This document shows, piece by piece, positions 25,672-31,853 of a DNA stretch of 32,000 nt; positions within the stretch are counted from its first letter, which is position 1; each line of letters opens with the position of its first letter. The translations under genes were made by a program, and so were the position numbers. This DNA is from Acidothermus cellulolyticus 11B (GTDB lineage: Bacteria > Actinomycetota > Actinomycetes > Acidothermales > Acidothermaceae), in the NCBI RefSeq assembly GCF_000015025.1, contig NC_008578.1, positions 1,440,001 to 1,472,000 of the forward strand. Reading direction: 5' to 3'. Under the pieces are notes generated by a model, which was given only the letters and a program-made list of their open reading frames with translations, had not been told where the DNA came from and made no database searches.

Positions 25672-27522
25672 TCATGCTGCCTGGTACGTCGCGCTGGCCA
25701 GAAGCTGGCCAAGGTCCACTTTGATGTCGAGGCTGGCACGCACGGACCCATCGGGCGTGCTGGTGATCACGTACTTGAGGTCGAGGACGAAAGACGTCAC
25801 CGACGCGGTGCCCTGACACGGGGTATTCGAGGTGCAGCTGGCGTTGCTCTGGTCACCGGAACTCGGCACCGTCGTCGCGGTTGCGCCACCGGTCGTGATA
25901 GTCGCGGTAAGGCTGACCTGACGGTTCGCCGAATTCGAGGAAACGACAAGGGACGACGTGAGCTGTTGCCCGGCAGCCGCGCCCGCGAGGTTGACTGAGG
26001 TGTAGCCGCTGCCGTTCCAATAGCGGAGCGTGCCGCTGCTTATCCCTGCCTTCGGGGCCGCACCGGTCTGGCCTCGCTCCGACCACGCGGCATCCGAGTA
26101 ACCGGTGACGCTGATGAGGTAACCGCCCCAACCGGCCGGTGCGTTCGCCGCCACGTTAGCGGGCAATCCACCGAGGTAGACGTCACCCGGCGTCCGCACG
26201 GCTTCCGAGCCGACGCAACCCGCACTGCCGGTCAGGAACGACGCGCAGTGGACGTCAGGGCTGCTGCCGAGCGTCGCCCCAAACCGACCGGTGTACACCG
26301 CCAAGGGTGTCGTCGTCGAGGGAGGATTAAGCACGAGAAGGTTGGCCTGGCCGACCGACGGAAGTTTGAGCACCGCACTAGCACCACCCGCACCAAGCTG
26401 TCCCATCGAACACGGGAGGGTGGTGACGAGCTGTTGGCCGGTGGTGTCCGCGCATGACGCACCGGTAAGAGATTGCGCCGCCGCGCGAAGCGTCCCGCTC
26501 ACCGAACCTTGGGTCAGGGTCAGGCTCGCCGATCCGTCGGACGACGCCACAACCTGGGTAATCGACGACTGGCTCACCGACTCGGTGTCCGACGGCGATG
26601 TCGTTGAGCCGGCATCGTTGCTCGCTTGCGCAGCAACCCTTGTCCCGCCCAGCGAGCTGTCCGTTCCGCTCACGGTCCACGTGGTGAGTGGCGCGCTGCC
26701 ATTCGCCGCAGTATTTGCTGTCTGTTCTGACTGAAGCGAAGCGGTCAGCCGGGGGAGACTGAGCGTCGCCGCGGTAAAGCCGGGAATGTCAGCAATCGCT
26801 GGGTCAGTCGATGACGCCGACGTGATGGTGATCGAACCCGGCCCGGTGTCCGCTGAAGCGTAGAAGAAGGGCTCGCAGGGTGCGGCGATCGGGTGCGTCA
26901 ACGTCGACTGGCAGCCGTTAGGCGAGAAAATCTCCGTCTGCGTGACCAGTTGCTTTGTCGCCGAGGCCGAGGTCCCGTTGGGTCTCCAGGTCACGATGAC
27001 GGTGGCGGTATAAAGAACCTGATCCGTGGGACCCAGGCTCGTGTCTTTGCAACCCGGTTCATAGCTGTTCGCGCCGCCGGTGAAAGCGCTGTGGTGACAG
27101 GTGACGAACGTCTTCACCGTGAACGTCGTTCCGTTCGCCTTGACCTGCGGCCACGGCCACGTATCGAGCGGTGTCTGGTTCGACGCCGTTGTCGTGGTAT
27201 TCCACGCGAGCGGCTGGTACTTGTAGTAGTAAAGGCCGTTGTACGTCGTGACCGCCGGATCCGTCGTCACAGGCTGAATAGATCCAGCGACAATCGTCGC
27301 ATACGGTAAGGCTCGTAACCGCTCAATCGCTTGGTTGGCGAGCTCCCCGGCGGTCTGTATCTGCCGGGCGCGTTGGGAATTGACCATCGTCGAAATCAGC
27401 AAACCGCCCGCGGACAGAAAGACCGTGAGCAGGATTCCCATCGCGACGAGAACTTCGATCAGGGTAAAGCCGCCGTCGGATGTGGCCAATCGGCGCACCA
27501 GTCCGATGCGACGCTTGCTCAC
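25672..27522 (-). CDS. Giant minor pilin (616 aa) with a PilV-like N-terminus
   Basis: GTG start with an AGGGGA Shine-Dalgarno. Class III signal MSKRRIGLVRRLATSDGG/FTLIEVLVAMGILL with Glu at +5. The long S/T/A/G-rich extracellular part has 10 Cys arranged as five local pairs. Confidence 0.78.
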   Translation of the reverse strand: MSKRRIGLVRRLATSDGGFTLIEVLVAMGILLTVFLSAGGLLISTMVNSQRARQIQTAGELANQAIERLRALPYATIVAGSIQPVTTDPAVTTYNGLYYYKYQPLAWNTTTTASNQTPLDTWPWPQVKANGTTFTVKTFVTCHHSAFTGGANSYEPGCKDTSLGPTDQVLYTATVIVTWRPNGTSASATKQLVTQTEIFSPNGCQSTLTHPIAAPCEPFFYASADTGPGSITITSASSTDPAIADIPGFTAATLSLPRLTASLQSEQTANTAANGSAPLTTWTVSGTDSSLGGTRVAAQASNDAGSTTSPSDTESVSQSSITQVVASSDGSASLTLTQGSVSGTLRAAAQSLTGASCADTTGQQLVTTLPCSMGQLGAGGASAVLKLPSVGQANLLVLNPPSTTTPLAVYTGRFGATLGSSPDVHCASFLTGSAGCVGSEAVRTPGDVYLGGLPANVAANAPAGWGGYLISVTGYSDAAWSERGQTGAAPKAGISSGTLRYWNGSGYTSVNLAGAAAGQQLTSSLVVSSNSANRQVSLTATITTGGATATTVPSSGDQSNASCTSNTPCQGTASVTSFVLDLKYVITSTPDGSVRASLDIKVDLGQLLASATYQAA

Positions 27523-27604
27523 CGTGTCCCCTCTCGACGCTCAGCAATCGACGTGGCTTTTACCCGACCTGCGGACGGAGTGGTGCACTCACCGTTATGA
27601 CCGT

Positions 27605-27639
27605 GTCGTGAAGGCCGGGTCTGACCCGGCCTTCACGAC
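27605..27639 (-). terminator. Strong hairpin (16-bp perfect stem, 3-nt loop) 35 nt downstream of pilA2
   Basis: GTCGTGAAGGCCGGGT (27605-27620) and ACCCGGCCTTCACGAC (27624-27639) are exact reverse complements. There is no U-tract, as is common in high-GC actinobacteria. It sits between the pilin gene and the minor-pilin operon. Confidence 0.55.
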
Positions 27640-27673
27640 GCCAGTCGAGCATTACGCTAGCCGGCAATCGGCG

Positions 27674-28123
27674 TCACGGGCATGCACCCTTGGCCAGCTG
27701 CTGGCTGTTGGTTGTGGGATTGACGCTGATGTGCCACGGGCTGGCACCGGCGTGGCTGTTGTCCATTTCCAGGCAGTACGGCTGGCCGACCGTAATCGGG
27801 CTGGGCTTGACAACGAGCGTGTTCCCCGCGGTCAGCGTGCCCGTCACACCCGTGGTGTCAATGTCGGTCGTTACCGTGTAGCTGCTTCCGGTTTGGGTGA
27901 CCGTCACCGTTGTCGGCCCGTCCACCATCTCCGACTGGATGTTGGTCAACACGTTGTGCAGGTCGGCTTTCTCGCTCGCCTCATACCCCTTGTTCTGCTG
28001 GTTGAGGAAGAGCGGGATGGCAATCGCGGCAAGGATGCCGATGATGAGCATGACGACGAGCAGCTCAATAAGGGTGAAACCCTCGTCCCGCCGCTCCATC
28101 GCCTCACGGATTCGTGCGAGCAT
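27674..28123 (-). CDS. pilA: Type IV pilin (type IVa-like), paralogue 2
   Basis: 149-aa ORF. Leader MLARIREAMERRDEG/FTLIELLVVMLIIGILAAIAIPLF with Glu at +5. C-terminal Cys pair (YCLEM...GACP) forms a D-region-type loop. AAGGA Shine-Dalgarno 8 nt upstream. Confidence 0.92.
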   Translation of the reverse strand: MLARIREAMERRDEGFTLIELLVVMLIIGILAAIAIPLFLNQQNKGYEASEKADLHNVLTNIQSEMVDGPTTVTVTQTGSSYTVTTDIDTTGVTGTLTAGNTLVVKPSPITVGQPYCLEMDNSHAGASPWHISVNPTTNSQQLAKGACP

Positions 28124-28180
28124 GCGCCCGTCCTTTCAGTGATGAGGCCGGTTCCGGCCTTCCCGGAGATGACACCCCGG

Positions 28181-28232
28181 GCATCGACGCCGCGATCGGC
28201 TGACTTTACCGTCCGATCGGGCGATTTCTTCC
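28181..28232 (-). promoter_or_regulatory. Conserved upstream island and sigma-28/WhiG-like promoter candidate for pilA2 (TAAA-N16-GTCGATGC)
   Basis: The minus strand reads GGAAGAAATCGCCCGATCGGACGGTAAAG, a 16-nt spacer counted from TAAA (rc of 28205-28208), then GTCGATGC (rc of 28181-28188). It is collinear, without indels, with the pilA1 upstream island. Confidence 0.4.
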
Positions 28233-28311
28233 GCCGTTCGGGGCAGTCCGGCTGGTTCAAACGGCCGCCATCCACAGGACAGCACCGCCCCACAGCGCGC
28301 ACCCGCCAACC

Positions 28312-28761
28312 TCACGGACACGCACCCACAGCAAGCTGCTGACTATTTGCCGCGGGATTGACGACGGCATGCCACGGCGAAACGCTGGGATGGCTGTTAC
28401 GGACCTCCAGACAGTACGCAGTCCCCACGCCGATCGGCGGAATCGGTTTGACGCTCAGGCTGTTCCCAGCGCTGAGCGTCCCGGTGACGCCGGCCGGATC
28501 GACGTCGGTCTTCACGGTGTAGCTGGCACCGGTGGTGTTGACCGTCAAACTCTGCGGTTGATCAACCATGACGCTCTGAATCGTCGTCAGAACGTGATGA
28601 AGGTCCGCCTTCTCACTCGCCTCGTAACCGCCGTTCTGGCGGTCGGCAAACAGGGGAATTGCTATCGCCGCGAGGACGCTAATGATGATCATGACGACGA
28701 GGAGCTCAAGAATCGTGAAGCCAGCGTCCCGCGGCCGCCTCTGACGAATGCGTGCCACCAT
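28312..28761 (-). CDS. pilA: Type IV pilin (type IVa-like), paralogue 1
   Basis: 149-aa ORF. Leader MVARIRQRRPRDAG/FTILELLVVMIIISVLAAIAIPLF with Glu at +5. Same C-terminal YCLE...NSQQLAVGACP as paralogue 2 and roughly two-thirds identity by eye. GGGAAGG Shine-Dalgarno 5 nt upstream. Confidence 0.92.
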   Translation of the reverse strand: MVARIRQRRPRDAGFTILELLVVMIIISVLAAIAIPLFADRQNGGYEASEKADLHHVLTTIQSVMVDQPQSLTVNTTGASYTVKTDVDPAGVTGTLSAGNSLSVKPIPPIGVGTAYCLEVRNSHPSVSPWHAVVNPAANSQQLAVGACP

Positions 28762-28816
28762 GAGCGCCTTCCCGGCTTACAAGGGCATGCCCCTTCGGTT
28801 GACGATGACTCTCGGA

Positions 28817-28867
28817 TCATCGGCCTGCGGGCGGCCGCGGCTTACCGTACGAATGGACGATTTCTGC
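28817..28867 (-). promoter_or_regulatory. Conserved upstream island and sigma-28/WhiG-like promoter candidate for pilA1 (TAAG-N16-GCCGATGA)
   Basis: The minus strand reads GCAGAAATCGTCCATTCGTACGGTAAG, a 16-nt spacer after TAAG (rc of 28841-28844), then GCCGATGA (rc of 28817-28824). That is 7 of 8 matches to the FliA/SigD/WhiG -10 consensus GCCGATAA. Confidence 0.4.
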
Positions 28868-28870
28868 GTG

Positions 28871-28909
28871 TCTCCGGTTCGGGCGACCGTCAGCCGCCCG
28901 AACCGGAGA
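28871..28909 (-). terminator. Perfect 15-bp hairpin enclosing the pilC stop codon
   Basis: TCTCCGGTTCGGGCG (28871-28885) and CGCCCGAACCGGAGA (28895-28909) are exact reverse complements. The 9-nt loop contains the pilC TGA (28890-28892). One arm encodes the PilC C-terminus (VSGSGG) and the other is untranslated. Confidence 0.45.
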
Positions 28910-30119
28910 CCAGGTCGTAGATGTGGAAGATCGGCAGATACAGTGCGACGATCATGGAGCCGACGATGCCGCCGAGCAGAGCAATCATGATCGGCTCAAT
29001 GAGGGCGGTCAGCGATTCGGTCATGGCTTCGACCTCTTGGTCGTAAAACTGCGCGATCTTCCCGAGCATGGTGTCGAGCGCGCCGGTGTCCTCACCGACC
29101 GCCATCATCTGCACCACCATGGGCGGAAAGATGGGGTGTGACGTGAGCGGCGCGGTCAAGGATTCCCCGCTCCGGATGCTGCCCTGCACGTCGCGGATCG
29201 CCCGAGCGAGCACGACATTCCCGGTGGTGTCAGCGACGATATCCAGGGCCTGCAGGATCGGCACGCCGGAGTGCATCATCGTGCCCAGGTTGCGGGCGAA
29301 CCGGGCAAGGGCGAGCTTGCGGAAGAGCTGCCCGAAAATCGGCACCTTCAACTTGAAGGGGTCAACGACGTTGCGGACCGCTTCGGTCCGCCGAATCCGC
29401 GACCACGTAATCCCGCCGACAATCGCCAGCACGATGAGCACCGGTAACAGCACTTTCATGCTGTGCGAGAGGGTGACCAGGAACTGCGTCGGCGCCGGCA
29501 GTTTGCCGCCCAGCTGTTTGAACATCTTCGCGAAGACGGGGACGACGAAGGTGAGCATGCCGAGCACCGCGAGCAGCGAAATGCAGAGCACGACGACCGG
29601 ATAGGTCATCGCCGACTTCACCTTGCTCCGGAGTTTCACCTCCGCCTCATAATTCGCGGCGATCTCCAACAGGACGGAGTCGAGGAACCCGCCGACCTCA
29701 CCGGCGCGGATCATATTCACCATGAGCGGCGGAAACGCCCTGGGATGCTTGCTCATCGCCGCCGACAGGGAGCTCCCCGTTTCGACGTCATTGCGGACCT
29801 CGGTGAGGACCTTCTGCAACGCCTTGCTCTGTGTCTGCTCCCGCAGGATGGTTAGTGCCCGCAGCAACGAGAGCCCGGAGTTGATCATTGTGGCGAACTG
29901 GCGGGACATCACCGCCAGGTCCTTCATCTTCACCCGGTTGCCGAAGCCGGGAATGCTGATTTCTTTCTTCAGACCCGCATTCGCCACGTTGATGCTGATG
30001 GGGGCGAAACCCATCGCGCGGAGTCGTTGCGCGACCGCTGTTTCACTGTCGGCAGCCAGCGTGCCGGTGAGCAGTTTTCCGCTGCGGTCCCGAACGGAGT
30101 ACTGGTAGGTCGCGGTCAT
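28890..30119 (-). CDS. pilC: Type IV pilus platform protein PilC (GspF/T2SS-F family)
   Basis: 409-aa polytopic ORF with two GspF-type repeats (MSRQFATMINSGLSLLRAL... and FARNLGTMMHSGVPILQAL...). AGGA Shine-Dalgarno 8 nt upstream. Confidence 0.93.
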   Translation of the reverse strand: MTATYQYSVRDRSGKLLTGTLAADSETAVAQRLRAMGFAPISINVANAGLKKEISIPGFGNRVKMKDLAVMSRQFATMINSGLSLLRALTILREQTQSKALQKVLTEVRNDVETGSSLSAAMSKHPRAFPPLMVNMIRAGEVGGFLDSVLLEIAANYEAEVKLRSKVKSAMTYPVVVLCISLLAVLGMLTFVVPVFAKMFKQLGGKLPAPTQFLVTLSHSMKVLLPVLIVLAIVGGITWSRIRRTEAVRNVVDPFKLKVPIFGQLFRKLALARFARNLGTMMHSGVPILQALDIVADTTGNVVLARAIRDVQGSIRSGESLTAPLTSHPIFPPMVVQMMAVGEDTGALDTMLGKIAQFYDQEVEAMTESLTALIEPIMIALLGGIVGSMIVALYLPIFHIYDLVSGSGG

Positions 30120-30132
30120 CGTGTCGTCCTAC

Positions 30133-31800
30133 TCATGCTCGGCCGACGAGTCGGTTGAAGTCTTCGACGTGGTGGCACTTCTCCAACCCCGTCTCGTAGG
30201 TAATCTTGCCGGATTTCACCAGCTCAGCGAGGCTCTGGTCCATCGTGTGCATGCCGTATTTCGCTCCGGCCTGCAGTGCGGAGTAAATCTGATGCGTCTT
30301 CCCTTCCCGGATGAGGTTCCGGATCGCAGGCGTTGCGACCAGCACTTCCGTCGCCACCACGCGCGCCCGGCCGTCCGCCGTTTTGCAGAGCGTCTGAGCG
30401 ACGATGCCCTGGAGCGATCCGGCTAGCTGCACCCGGATTTGCTGCTGCTGATGGGGTGGGAAGACGTCGATGATGCGGTCGATGGTCTGTGCGGCGTCCT
30501 GGGTGTGCAAGGTCGCGAGCACCAGGTGTCCGGTTTCCGCCGCTGTCAAGGCAACCGAGATGGTCTCGAGGTCCCGCATCTCACCGACCAGGATGATGTC
30601 TGGGTCTTGCCGCAGCACGTGTTTGAGGGCATTGGCGAAGGAATGCGTGTCATCGCCGACTTCCCGCTGGTTGACCAGACACGACTTGTGGGTGTGCAGG
30701 AACTCGATGGGATCCTCGACCGTCATGATGTGGTCGCGGCGCTGCCGGTTCGCGATGTCGATGATGCCGGCGAGCGTCGTCGACTTTCCGGACCCGGTCG
30801 GCCCGGTGACGAGGACAAAACCGCGCGGCAGCATCGCGAAATTTGCGACGGCGGGCGGAATTCCCAAGTCCTCCAACTTTTTTATTTCGAAGGGAATGAG
30901 GCGGAACGCGGCGCCAAGTGCCTCACGCTGCCGGTACAGGTTGACCCGGAACCGCGCACGGCCGGGCACAGCGTACGCGAAGTCAAGTTCCAGCTCCTCT
31001 TCGAAGCGCTCCCGCTGTTTCTGGGTGAGAATCTCGTACATCATCTGGTGGATGACCGGCGGCGTCAGCACCGGCAAATCCTCCATCGGCACCAGACTGC
31101 CGTTGATGCGGAGCGTTGGCCGGGCCCCTGCGGTCAGGTGCAGGTCGGAGGCGTTGTGCTCGAGCACCCGGATCAGCATGTCGGTGAGGCTGACGCCCTC
31201 GAGCAGGCGCGGTTGGTCCATTCCGGTGCCCACCGTCGGGAAAGCCTCGCCCTGCGACGGCTGAATGCCGATCCCACTCGACGTCCCGACCACTCCCCCG
31301 TCAGCGGGCGGAGCGAGGGGTTGCAGCGCCGGTGCCGGAGACGAAGGGCTCGCAACTCCACGCGGCGGAGGAGTCGGCGCGGTCGGCGCCGGTGTAGGCG
31401 CCGGCGATGCGGCAAGCCCGGTGAACGGCGAGACGCCATTCCCGGCCACCGAGCTGCCGGACGCTGGGACACCGGATGGCGCACCCGTTCCCGGCGAGGG
31501 TGGAGGCGCGACGACCGACGGCAGCGGACCGAAGAGTGGATCGAAATCAGCGTTCGGCGCGTTCTGCGGCGATCCGCCCGCGGCGCCGGCCGGCGCAGGC
31601 ACCTGCGCCGTCCCGGACGGCGCGCGGTCGGCGTCCGGATTAGCAAAGAAACCGTACGGCTCCACGCAGCTACCCCTTTCGGCGCAGATTTGCCCGTCGG
31701 CGACGAGCAGTCTCCTGCAGGCATCGGACACCAGGCGGCTTCCCTTGAGCTCCGCCAACCGGGCGCCGCCGGCGCAGACCCGGCCCGCCGCGTTGTCCAC
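30133..31800 (-). CDS. pilT: Twitching-motility (retraction) ATPase PilT with a long N-terminal extension
   Basis: The C-terminal roughly 360 aa are canonical PilT: ASDLHL, Walker A GPTGSGKSTT, DIILVGEMRD, ETGHLVLATLHT, AIRNLIREGK. The open frame extends 193 codons further upstream to GTG 31798-31800. Alternative starts are GTG 31731, GTG 31665 (both with good Shine-Dalgarno sequences) and ATG 31221 (canonical length). Confidence 0.88.
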   Translation of the reverse strand: MDNAAGRVCAGGARLAELKGSRLVSDACRRLLVADGQICAERGSCVEPYGFFANPDADRAPSGTAQVPAPAGAAGGSPQNAPNADFDPLFGPLPSVVAPPPSPGTGAPSGVPASGSSVAGNGVSPFTGLAASPAPTPAPTAPTPPPRGVASPSSPAPALQPLAPPADGGVVGTSSGIGIQPSQGEAFPTVGTGMDQPRLLEGVSLTDMLIRVLEHNASDLHLTAGARPTLRINGSLVPMEDLPVLTPPVIHQMMYEILTQKQRERFEEELELDFAYAVPGRARFRVNLYRQREALGAAFRLIPFEIKKLEDLGIPPAVANFAMLPRGFVLVTGPTGSGKSTTLAGIIDIANRQRRDHIMTVEDPIEFLHTHKSCLVNQREVGDDTHSFANALKHVLRQDPDIILVGEMRDLETISVALTAAETGHLVLATLHTQDAAQTIDRIIDVFPPHQQQQIRVQLAGSLQGIVAQTLCKTADGRARVVATEVLVATPAIRNLIREGKTHQIYSALQAGAKYGMHTMDQSLAELVKSGKITYETGLEKCHHVEDFNRLVGRA

Positions 31801-31839
31801 CCGCCAACCGGACCGGCAGCCGCTCCGCCAACCGGGCGC
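31749..31839 (-). repeat. Three copies of the motif CCGGTTGGCGG (two within an exact 18-nt duplication) around the pilT start
   Basis: The plus strand shows CCGCCAACCGG at 31752-31762, 31801-31811 and 31825-31835. GCTCCGCCAACCGGGCGC is repeated exactly at 31749-31766 and 31822-31839. The same 11-mer forms the core of the 23-bp tandem repeat at 13796-13864. Confidence 0.9.
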
Positions 31840-31853
31840 AATGCCGGTGCACC

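Noticed and set aside
27546-27604. Sigma-28-like promoter for the minor-pilin operon (GTCGATTG on the minus strand upstream of the PilV-like gene).
   Set aside because: The position 16 nt upstream reads GCAG rather than TAAA-like, and the nearest TAAA is only 6 nt away. The element would also sit just 22 nt from the start codon. The pattern does not match the one shared by the two pilin genes.
31222-31800. Treating the region upstream of ATG 31221 as a 630-nt non-coding pilB-pilT spacer or as a separate small gene.
   Set aside because: There is no in-frame stop between 31800 and the PilT core, and third-position G/C bias is strong throughout, so a fused extension is the simplest reading. This is kept as an explicit alternative in the PilT finding because only start-site mapping can settle it.
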